Source: Octopus vulgaris
Lineage: Eukaryota
Assembly (NCBI GenBank): GCA_951406725.2
Contig: OX597837.1
Span: 47,244,001 to 47,308,000 of the forward strand
DNA: 64,000 nucleotides
Direction: 5' to 3'
Made by a program: the position numbers and the translations under genes. The notes below the pieces were generated by a model. It was given only the letters and a program-made list of their open reading frames with translations. It was not told where the DNA came from and did not search any database. This document shows positions 52,900-64,000 of this stretch, in pieces (position 1 is the first letter of the stretch; each line of letters begins with the position of its first letter).

Positions 52900-55485
52900 C
52901 AGTTTTTCTGTTAATTATTCATTGGATAAAAACAACCAGTGTCCTCGTCCGCCAGGGCAAAGCCAGATGATGGCTGGCCCCAAGCCAGACGATGGCTGGC
53001 CCCAAGCCAGATGATGGCTGGCCCCAAACCAGACGATGGCTGGCCCCAAGCCAGATGATGGCTGGCCCTAGTAATGAAGAAAGTGAAATGGAACAACACA
53101 TAGAAAGAATCGTCGAAACAACGTTGGACTCAGATTCAGAAGAGGAAACAAGAAAGATAGAAAAGAAAATACCAGCCACCACGAAGAAAAATACTGAGAT
53201 GGCTAGTCTGATGACAGAAATGGCAAAGAAACAACTTAACTTTGCAGCCGCTGCCGGAGCAAGGCAAATGAAAATTGACCTGAGTAACATAGAAGAAGTG
53301 TAAAAGATGATGACGACGAGGAATGGTTTTGAAACCAAAGCTGAACCTCCCAAACAAATAAAAGAGGAGGTGGAAAGGAGAACATTAATTTATAAAACGT
53401 TTAAAGTGAAAAACAAGAAAATCGACTTTGTGGAAGAAAAAGAAATAGAAAAACGTCTGCAACCCATATGGGGTAAGATTAAATATTTAACAAGAGGGAA
53501 GAAGTGAGAATGGGGTTGGAGGAGGAGGCACGGCTCCATTCCGTCGACCCTCCACGGACAGAGGAAGTGGTGCTTCTACCCACATATATATATGTATGGG
53601 TAGAAGAACATCTAGTGTAAGCATAGTGAACATCCCACCTGAGGTGGAACCTGAGTGGCTCATCGCGGCAGTGACGCTAGGTCTTGAAGATAGGATTGAG
53701 ATAATCAACGCTGCCGTGGAGGAGCCACGTAATTGGTTCGGTCAAAGGGTGGAAATCACCCTGCAAGCCGAACAAGCTACATTGGAGGAAATAACTGAAA
53801 TAATTGAGGTTGGTGAGAACCGTCTGCCAGTGATGGTAGAAGGTCGCCAGCCTTGGTGCTTCCAGTGTTGCAAGAAAAGCCACTTCAGAGCCGACCACAA
53901 GCCTAAAGAAACAAAGGGGGAAAAAGAGGACAAAGGAAATGTCGAACCCACGACGTCGTCGCCTCAAATAGCTTCAACAAGACCAGTGCCAGAGGAGAAA
54001 GAAGGGAGAGATGATCTACGGTGGTGGCTACCAAGAGAAAATTAATGCCCCCCCCCTCACTGGAAAAAGAAAAGGAAAGAAAAAAGAACAGAGAATTTAT
54101 AAAAAACCTAAAGTACCAGAAAAAAACTATTATTATATGGCGGTTCGAACCTCCAATAGGGATTTAATGAACCGCATAGCGGTAGATCACATTGAAAAAG
54201 TCGAAGTGGAAGAAAAAGTGGAGAACTGTGAAATTTAAAAAGCAAGTCAGAAACTTTACAACAAACTATCTAACGAATTCAGAAAAGATGTAGGCCCTCT
54301 AAGAATAGACATTTCTACGAGTATTTATGAGGGCCTCATCCTGCCGACTCCACGAGCCCGGAATAAAGAAGAGGAGGTGGGTAATGGTGAAGGGTAGAAA
54401 CCCCCGCTGTTACAAGTGTGGCCAAAAAGGCTACACAAGAGCAGAATGCCCTCCACCTCGTGAGAAAAAACATCAGTGCCCCCACCACCCTAGAATTCGG
54501 GCGCACCTCCACTTCCAGCAAAAGTTGCCCCGGAGGCGAAAAAACAAAAACAAGACACAGAAGAGGACCCAAAAGCAGGAAAACGAAAGGAGACGGGAGT
54601 AGATAAAAAGAACAGAACTCTGAATGAACTGTTGTGGCACCACCACCCCCCAAAAAAGAAAAGAAAGAACTCACACCCTACCCCACAGATACTAATGCAC
54701 CCACTGCAGGTACACAGGATACCTCCCCCCAAAAATCTGAACTTAAAATAACTGCGATAAGCGTTAAAAATAAGGAACTAAAAAAAGAACTGGAGAAAAT
54801 AAAGAATATGAAACCATACAATCATCTCCATAACAAGAACATTCCCTTCTTATATTCAATTTTATCTTGTGGATTGTATAAACTATGATTTTCTTACGAA
54901 AACATATAGCAGGGACGTTGGTCTTTTGCAAGGGATTTTTGATCCAATTTGTACCAGGAGTTTTTGAAAGAGATTCCACCAACCATGCCAAATGAAAAGT
55001 TGGATGAGGTAGGATTACCGACCCTCCTCTAAAGGAAAAAAGTAAGTAAAAATTTTTATGCTCTCGCTCAAACAAGGTTGCATAAATGTGCGCGACCTGG
55101 GGTCGGATTGGAAGCAAGGTCACCTCTTTAACGACCTCAAGTCGAATTGTTTAGATTTGATAGTCACAACTAAGACCAAACTGAGTGGACTGCAAGCTTT
55201 TTCACCTCTCCTAAATGGCTACGGGAAATTTATTTCTCCATATCAACCTGGAGTGAGGAGTGGAGTCGCAGCCCTACTCAGGAAAGGCCTAAGTTTGGAG
55301 ATAAGAACAATCTTTGTTGACCCGGAGGGCAAGCTGGTCGTCTTTGATGTGACGTACAGCAGTGGTAAGTTCTTCAGGACAGTCTGACTATTTCAGAGGC
55401 CGAGAGGATTTTCTAGGATCGTCACACACTTTAGTGTTGGTAGGAGACTTTAACACAATCTGCGATGCACGCGTAGATCATTGCT
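52900..55485 (+). mobile_element. Tx1/L1-like LINE 5' half (ORF1 with two zinc knuckles; start of APE endonuclease), decayed
   Basis: VEGRQPWCFQCCKKSH and VKGRNPRCYKCGQKGYTRAECP; CINVRDL..SGVAALL..VDPEGKLVVFDV..VLVGDFN. Confidence 0.8.
52959..53068. repeat. 22-bp tandem repeat x5
   Basis: CAAGCCAGA(T/C)GATGGCTGGCCC. Confidence 0.95.
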
Positions 55486-55499
55486 GATCTTGTGCTAAA

Positions 55500-55553
<54 letters not shown>

Positions 55554-55800
55554 TAGTTTTATTTTTATAACGTGCTTTCACTTCACTACCGAGCGCAGCT
55601 CTGTGTGCCTTGGGTATGTGCTGTGATTTGTTGTGATGCTCTTATGGTTACTGTACTGAAAGAGTTCTGCGTAGGATGTGTGCAGTGCCTAGTAGTGCAA
55701 TTTTCTGTATGTTATATGTGTTTGTAAGTCCTGGTGTTTTTGTTATATATTTGTCTGAATAATCTTTTCACATGCCTAATGCACCTACTAAGATAGTATT
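55500..55800 (-). mobile_element. R4/Dong 3' end with (TAA)n tail
   Basis: Reverse-complement homolog of 14200-14400 (GTGAAAGCACG..AAAATAAAACTACTG AATAATAAT). Confidence 0.85.
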
Positions 55801-56322
55801 ATTATAATTATAGCGGAACAAATCAAGCCTCTGTATAAAGAAGTATTTGTTTTCTTTTTTTGTACGTTTGGTCTTGTGTAATGATTGTCAAACGTCTTCC
55901 GTCCATGGCCACTCCTCCTGTCTCTAAGCATTACTACTAGAGTTTTCCCCACCCTACCCATCTACAGTATTCTCTAAAAGAATGAATATTTTCAAAACAA
56001 CACAGAAGATAAGAAAAACAAGAAATAGCAGCCGAGTGACAATCAATGCAGAACTTGAAGGAAGGCATTCATAAATAAGGCCGCTTAAGCTATCGCAACG
56101 CCCTCTGAGGGGAGGCATTGCTAACGCCCAGCCTGCCAATTAATCGTCATCATGTGTTGTGTGTTTAATGCGAGTGGACATTTAATGCTGCGGAAAAAAA
56201 ATTGGTTTTTATTGATTTGGATGTGAGACAAAAATACTTGAAATCTTAAATATTTTCCATTATGTTCCGAGTTCAAGCCCGGTCGAAGGCGTCACTGACT
56301 ATGATCCTTTAATGGTTATGAA

Positions 56323-56790
<468 letters not shown>

Positions 56791-56794
56791 ATGG

Positions 56795-57320
56795 TAAAAG
56801 GACTCCCGCATCCGCCAAACTCTTGCTTGGGAATGCATGTAACAGACTTGATAAGATCTGGCGCTCACACCTTCCATCCACGTTAAAAGTTAAAATACGT
56901 AGAACACTGATGGAGCTGGTCCAGCTCTATGGTTCAGAGACCTGGACCCTATCGGTTCTCTTAGAAGAGCAACTGGATGGAAGATATGTGAACCTGCTCA
57001 GAAAGATACGGAACATCTGTTGAAGATCACACCCAACACTTATTAAACATCTACGGAAATCTGATGGCAATATCCCTCAAGCTAAAGCAGAAGAAAAGGC
57101 TACAATTTGCTGGCCATTGTCAACGAGCAGAGAAAGAGGTTATCTCATCCCTGCTCCTATGGAAGTGTTTTCTCCAGGAAACTGATATTTCCAGATACTA
57201 TATCTCGGGACACAGGGCTGGATATTAGAGATCTGAATAGAGCAGGATCGTGTTTAGTGTGGAAAAGGATTGTCAATGGAGTTCCGACCAACGTTGGTCG
57301 AAGGATGATGATGATGATGG
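56795..57320 (+). mobile_element. RTE-group LINE 3' fragment
   Basis: AWECM/RLDKIWRS..LKVKI..LYGSETWTL; LQFAGHC; (GAT)n tail at 57305. Confidence 0.75.
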
Positions 57321-57828
57321 AAAGTGATTCGATGGAGGAATGCAGCGCATTGGTGGTTGTGGGGTGTTGGTAAAATTAAGCCTTCAGCAATCAGTCAGAC
57401 TAGACAGAGAGGGGCAGGGGGGGGGGGAGTGAGGCGAGACAAGGAGAAGGGGAGAGAAAAGAGATGGAAAGAGATAACCAGAGAAAAAGGAAAAGAGAGG
57501 AAGGCGGAGAGAAAGAGGAAGAGAGGGGGAAGAGTAGAAGGAGAGAGAAAGAAATAGTAGTTTCTTATTTTTATTAAAGATGCATCGTCGCTACCACCAC
57601 TACCACCATCTTTATTGTCACTACTACCATCATTTCATCATCTTCCTTCTAATCATCACCATCATCATCATCATCATCATCGTGTTCATCAGCACAACGT
57701 CCACGTCGTCATTGTTGTCACACTATTATTTTCTCACAAAAAATAGTTTTTGCTTGGTCTGTCATAAATTAATAATCCCCTTCTCTCCCCCATCTGCCAC
57801 AGATTGTCATAAATCTAGTAAAAAATCT

Positions 57829-57866
<38 letters not shown>

Positions 57867-57984
57867 AAACACAGTGACAGATTTTCATCTTATGGGGGAG
57901 AGGAGGGATGTTAAACGAAAATAAATCATTTCCAAGGACAAATTAGGATATTACTAAAGAAATCATTATTATTATTATTATTGC

Positions 57985-58719
57985 TGGATGAAACGCTTGG
58001 CAGTATTTTGCCCGTCGATACGTTCTGAGTTCAAATTCCGCCAAATACGTTTCATCCTTTCGGGGTTGATAAAATAAGTACCAGTTGTACACTGGGCTCG
58101 ATGTAATCAACTCAGCCCTCTCCCAAAATTGCTGCCCTTGTGGCAAAATTTGAAAACATTATTATTATTATTATTATTATTATTCAATATTTCGCCTGTC
58201 TTCATGTTCTGAGTTCAAATTACGCTGAGGTTGACTTTACCGTTCATCCATTTGGCTATAAGTAAAATAAGTACCAGTTGAAGACTGGGGTTGATATAAT
58301 CGACTTATCCCCTCCCACAAAATTGCTGCCCTTGTGGCAAAATTCGAAGCCATTATTATTATTATTCGGCATTTCATCTATCTTAATGTTCTGAGTTCAA
58401 ATTCCGCCAATGTAGACTTTGCCTTTCATCCTTTCGCGACTGATAAATTAAGGACCAGTGAATCACTGGGGTGGATGTAATCGACTAGTCCCCTCCCCTC
58501 AAATTTCAGGCCTTGTGCCTACAATAGAAAGGGCACGCCTGGTGAAATGTTTAGTCGTATTCGTCTGTCGCTACGTTCTGAGTCCAAACTCCTCCGAGGT
58601 TGACTTTACCTATTATCCTTCAGGGTCAATTAAGTACCAGTTACGCACTGGAGTCGATGTAATCGACGTAATCTCTTCTTCCAAATTTCAGGCCTTGTGC
58701 CTTTAGTAGAAAGGATTAT
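57985..58719 (+). mobile_element. Tandem run of four family B SINE fragments
   Basis: GTTCTGAGTTCAAATT..GACTTT..AAGTACCAG repeated about every 180 bp with (ATT)n spacers. Confidence 0.8.
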
Positions 58720-59960
58720 TGTTCTATGTTCATATACATATGTATGTGTATGTAGACATATATACGAATACATCTCTATGATTAGCACTATTTTGTTATG
58801 CGCATTTAGTAGACAGTATGAACTGAGAATAAAGCGAATACCCACAATGTGTATCACAGCGCTATATACATATATAAACATTCTAAGTAAATAAACATGG
58901 TCAAATCATATTAACGCCTCCAGCAAGTTGTTTTATTGCTCAACACAAAACAAATAAGATATGATATGGTGGCAGCGGTAAGGACTTAATCGAAAACCTG
59001 CCATTACAACAAAACAGGAACACAAAAAGTCTGAACTTAACAAACTGAATATCGCTTCGTCTTTGGACACACACGAAAATCCAGAATGGCGACCCCCGGC
59101 GCCGTACAGATGGATGTACATCCGACCAAGAACTGGGATGCCGATGATGTCGTGGAAGCGTTCAAGAAATTCAAGCAGAAAAGTCTATTGGCTTTCAAAA
59201 GCTTCCTGAAAGGTACAACTGCCGACGGAAAGGTAAGCTACATCCTTTTATGGACGGGAGAGAAAGGTTTAGACCTATTCAATAGTTGGGACATGTCAGA
59301 ATCGGATTGCAGTAATCCCGACACCTAGACACCTAGAGCCCAAATCAAACCACAGAATTCATAGGGACTAATTTCTAGGGCCTGAAACAAGGCCCACAAG
59401 AATCAATTGACAACTTCCTGTCCAGACTAAAGAAATGCAGATTCAAAGACAGGGACGAAAGGATTATTAATCAACTCATATGATGGTGTGCTCACCAAGA
59501 AGTCCAAAAATCCCTCATAGGTAAGGACGCTCTCCAGTTGATAGAAGCAGTAGATACTGCAAGAGTATTTGAAGCTACTACAAAACGAATGGCCTCACCT
59601 TTCAAACAAACAGAATGGGCAATAGTGTAGATATTCTCTCTACACATGGGATGAAGCATATCCACAAGCAGAGACTATGCCAGTATTGTGGTATAGAGCA
59701 TGAGTTCAATGACCAGAGACACACTGCAAAGCATGTGGAAAGCCCAACCTCTGGGGAAAATGTGTAGATTAACAAAATCTCACAAATACAAGCCTCAACT
59801 TTCAAAGAGGAGTGGAAAGAAAAGACAAAAAGATGTACATGCCCAACAGGAAGAAAACACCTCAGAAGAAGAATTCTTGGCAGTCGGCACAATAAATGTA
59901 CATGAGATGGGAAATGACAACCAAAGAAAATAATGAGGCATACAAAACACGACAGCAGAG
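58720..59960 (+). mobile_element. Ty3/Gypsy remnant: putative 5' LTR, tRNA-Leu PBS and decayed gag
   Basis: TGGTGGCAGCGGT at 58967-58979 (complement of the tRNA-Leu 3' end); gag-like EAFKKFKQK..KVSYILLWTGEKGLDLFNSW; QESIDNFLSRL; CQYCG remnant. Confidence 0.75.
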
Positions 59961-60277
59961 TGGACAAGAAACATCAGCGATCTAACTGTCAGCTGTACTC
60001 ATGACAAGAGATGCCAGTTAATCTTTTACACCTGCCAGGCTCATTCGTATTAGCCCGAGTTGTGGGATAATTTTTAGTTCCTTTAAGAACGGAAACTTTT
60101 CATAGATTGAAATTTATATCCTAATCTCTATAGAAATTTATTGTTTCAAGAAAACATTGAATTTGAATTGCTTTTAATATATACGATTATAGGTAACAGC
60201 TAGGACTGTAACTTCTGAGCCCGAGTCAGGCGCGTGTAAACGATGTCTAGAGAATGTCTGCTACGAATAATATACTT

Positions 60278-60493
60278 TTCTTTCTACTCTAGGCACAAGG
60301 CCCAAAATTTTGGGAGAGGGAGCCAGTCGATTAGATCAACCCCCAGCACGTAACTGGTACTTAATTTATCGACCCTGAAAGGATTAAAGGCAAAGTCGAC
60401 CTTGGCGGAATTTGAACTCAGAACGTAAAGACAGACGAAATACCGCTAAGCATTTCGCCCGGCGTGCTAACGTTTCCGCCAGCTCGCCGCCTT
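60278..60493 (-). mobile_element. Family B SINE, full-length
   Basis: Reverse complement of GGCGGCGAGCTGGCGGAAACGTTAGCACGCCGGGCG... Confidence 0.85.
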
Positions 60494-61202
60494 ACGAATA
60501 ATATTTTTTGACACAGGATACCTCTGAGACGACCGCCAAACGCTGAAAGACAATAAATGAACTGTGACGAAGCTCAATAATAGGAGGCCAGGTTATTAGT
60601 TGCAATTACATATTTGAAGTCAGTGCTTGCAGAAATTAAATCAGGTTGCAAATACACGTTCACTTCACTAAATTTATACTCGGCCTATGTACGAACACCT
60701 TGAGTGCCGGAATCGCCACTGGTATGTATGTATGTATATATATATTCTTTTCTTTTTTTATTTGTTTCAGTAATTTGACTGCGGCCATGCTGGACCTACG
60801 CCTTTAGTCGAACAAATCGACCCCAGGACTTATTCTTTGTAAGCCTAGTACTTATTCTAGCGGTCTCTTTTGCCGTGGGGGGCAAAGTTAGATTTCTTAT
60901 AAAAATTCTTCATATTAAATTTGCAAGTATTTCATTAAAGATATGAAAATTTTACAAGTATAAATTGTGTTATGCGCATTTATAGAACACAGTCCTATAT
61001 AAACTCAAAAGATATTAAAAGTTTTATAAAATTTTAATCCATGCATACGATCGTTTCAAATGGTTACTCCAGCATGTAAGAAACATGGAAGAAATTAAAT
61101 TAATTATAATTATATTTAAATTAAATGAATTAAATATTACCATTTTCCTCGGTGCAAAAATGAAGAATACATGAAAAAGTCGTAACAAGAAAATTACGTT
61201 GT

Positions 61203-61246
61203 TACATGGAGTCTACATGGAGTCTACATGGAGTCTACATGGAGTC
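61203..61246. repeat. 11-bp tandem repeat x4
   Basis: TACATGGAGTC. Confidence 0.9.
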
Positions 61247-61908
61247 TGTGTCGCATCACTCATTCGGATATTCATAAAATGTTTGTGAAAGATGCAATAT
61301 AAGAATATGCTTAGGTTGTGTTGAGTCAGTTGTGTTAAGAACTAAAACTGACTTGGCTAAATATGAGTAGGAAAAGTGAAAGAAACATTCTCTCTGAACC
61401 CGGAACTATGTATTTGTAAGCAAGCTATTTACCACATAGCCACTCCTGCGTCTATATATATGCAGTGGCGTACCTAGCACAAGTGCCGCCCGGGACGGAT
61501 GTTTATTTAGCCGCCCCTTAAAAGTTTTAAATAACATTTCAAAACACCAAAAGCGGAATAATATAGGTATCATGTATGCAAACTAAGACAAACTGTAGCA
61601 ACCATATATTTCCCTCAAATTTACTTTTATTATGTTTATGCACAAAAAAATAATAGGAAAAATAGGAAAAAAGAACAGAAAATGAATGAAATACAAAAAT
61701 AAACGATTTACAAATTGAATTTAGGTGTCTTCCTCTTCGCGAAATCTTGAATGACTTCATCAAAATTGATTTTATCCGCAAAGGTGACGCTGTATGGATT
61801 GTATTGCCTAATCAATCAACCTCGTTTGAGTTTTTGTTGACCTGAGGTGGTTCTTGATGAGCTTTGGTTTAAGGAGAGAGCGTGTTAGACAGACAGACAG
61901 ACAGGCAT

Positions 61909-61982
<74 letters not shown>

Positions 61983-62245
61983 GGTAAAAGCTAATGAAAA
62001 ACTAGGAACGATCTAAATTAGGGACACACACAAAATGAGACCCAGTGAATTAATAAGTTATAATTTATTAATTATCTCTCTATTTTCTTGTCTTATAAGA
62101 AATAAATATACATAAACCACTGTTTATATAGTTACCTTGCAGTTGAGAACTGTAACGTTCAACATGCTTTGTATAGATAACTAACCAGTACTTTCATAGG
62201 ATTTAGCTATCTTTGAATGAGATTTGTAACCTTTATTTGTACTTC

Positions 62246-62347
<102 letters not shown>

Positions 62348-62384
62348 AAAAAGGAGATGTGGAACACGAGTTGTGATATATAAA

Positions 62385-62577
62385 AAAAGGAAATGAAGAA
62401 AATGCTGATAAAATAATTTAAGTAATTTAAGTAATTTAATTAGGTGAAAGTTCTTTTTACCGATAAGAGGAAAAAACTTTTGATAAGCATAACAAATGCG
62501 CAACCGGTAAAAAGAACTTTCACCTAATTAAATTACTTAAATTACTTAAATTATTTTGTCAGCATTTACTTCATTTC

Positions 62578-62582
<5 letters not shown>
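62385..62582. repeat. Foldback inverted repeat (about 78-bp arms) between TA tracts
   Basis: AAATAATTTAAGTAATTTAAGTAATTTAATTAGGTGAAAGTTCTTTTTACCG ... CGGTAAAAAGAACTTTCACCTAATTAAATTACTTAAATTACTTAAATTATTT. Confidence 0.93.
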
Positions 62583-62644
<62 letters not shown>

Positions 62645-62881
62645 TAAACAAAGTTAGCGGTTATAATAACCGACTAAGGGATAAAAATATCCGTATATAC
62701 TATCGATATACGTTACTCGTATCAGCAAACTTCCCCTCTATTTATTACTGAATATTTTCCCCTCTTCTTCATTGTTAAAAGTAAAAAAGCTAGAAAAGAT
62801 TGATCGTATTTCATTGTAAATGACTGAAGCTTTCCTTTCTCTGTCTCTATCGTTTCACTCTTTTTCTCCGCGGTTAAAAGA

Positions 62882-63140
62882 GTGAAGGTGCGTGGCTCAG
62901 TGGTTAGGGGTATTCGGCCCACAATCATAAAGCCATGAGTACGATTCCCTGCGGCGCGCTGTGCTATTGAGCAAGGCACTCTACTTCCCCTTGCTGCAGT
63001 CCACTCAGCTGTCAAAAATTAGTTGCACCTGTAATTCTATGTGAGGCTGAATCTCCCTGAGAACTACCTAATGGTATGCATGTCTGTGGAGTACTCAACC
63101 ACTTGCGCATTAATTTTACAAGCAGACTGTTCGTTGATCA
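62882..63140 (+). mobile_element. tRNA-derived SINE (family C)
   Basis: GGTGCGTGGCTCAGTGGTTAGGG (A box) ... GAGTACGATTCCC (B-box-like). Confidence 0.7.
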
Positions 63141-63582
63141 GATAAACAGGAATCGACGGAGTGCCATTAAAAAAAAAAGGTGAAAGGAAAGGAAATGTTC
63201 CATATCGTAAGGCAAAAATGTCGTGGGCTTAGTATAAGCAGTGAAAGCTAAAATGAAATAATTGCTATTCTGCGTTAATGATATGGATGTCTGTGGAGTA
63301 CTCAGCCATTTGCAAGTTAATTTTATCCTCGTGTGGTAATGAAAAGTGAAAGTGACATCCAATTTTTGCTGTAGTTATTTAACAATATGTCTATGTATCT
63401 ACTGTCTCTCTCACTTTCTCTCTTTCTCTTTCACTTCCTCTGTGTCCCTCCTCTCTCCCGCTTTAACATTGTGTGTATGTCGCTATGTATCTACTTTTCT
63501 TGCGATGTGATAAACATTCAAAAACACAAAATGAATACCGTCACCACTCACTGTCTTTTTCATTCTCTCTCTTTATCTTTCA

Positions 63583-63621
<39 letters not shown>

Positions 63622-64000
63622 TCTTACTTCCTCTCTGAAACATTTAAAAACACAAAACGAACACCGTCACCACTCACTCTCTCTCTCTCTTTCTCTTTTA
63701 CTTCCCCTCTGTCCTCCTCTCTCTCGCTTTGCAACTCACTTCTTTGAAGTAAGTGTGACACATACGCCAGGTACATACAAAGAAATACAAAAAACAAAAT
63801 GGCATATTAATATTATTGATAAGTTTTGTCTTGGTATAAAAGTTTGGCTACAGCAAATATTCTGCTCAATGCTACAGATTTGTTTGTCAGTTGTTTGACC
63901 GTAACCAGTTGAGTATGTCCCTTAGTGGCTGACGATATGTGCATCTCTGATCACGAGCAGAAGTAGTGAGGGAGAATCATGGCCATGTGTTGAGAGGAAT

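Overview
Eukaryotic, AT-rich, repeat-saturated DNA. The repeat repertoire looks cephalopod (Octopus-like); this is an inference from the RTE LINEs with (GAT)n tails, the tRNA-derived SINEs, the R4/Dong elements in (TAA)n and the very long (TA)n tracts. No complete host protein-coding gene is visible, and most ORF-track calls are microsatellite or decayed-transposon artefacts. Supported elements: many RTE LINE fragments, including a near full-length BovB-type copy (46.7-50.3 kb) and a young copy with a tandemly amplified 3' UTR (24.5-28.4 kb); R4/Dong RLE fragments; a Penelope GIY-YIG fragment; a Tx1/L1-like 5' half; a Gypsy LTR/PBS/gag remnant; Helitron, DD37D (maT), mariner, Tc1 and pogo-like remnants; MITEs; and three SINE families. 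Most notable: (i) a ~2.86-kb satellite of a 26-bp unit whose minus strand carries ~110 perfect let-7 8mer seed sites; (ii) dispersed minimal hammerhead-ribozyme motifs with palindromic stem III, some inside foldback palindromes in TA tracts; (iii) repeated satellite formation from RTE 3' UTRs; (iv) candidate exons around a possible divergent promoter at 42-44 kb.
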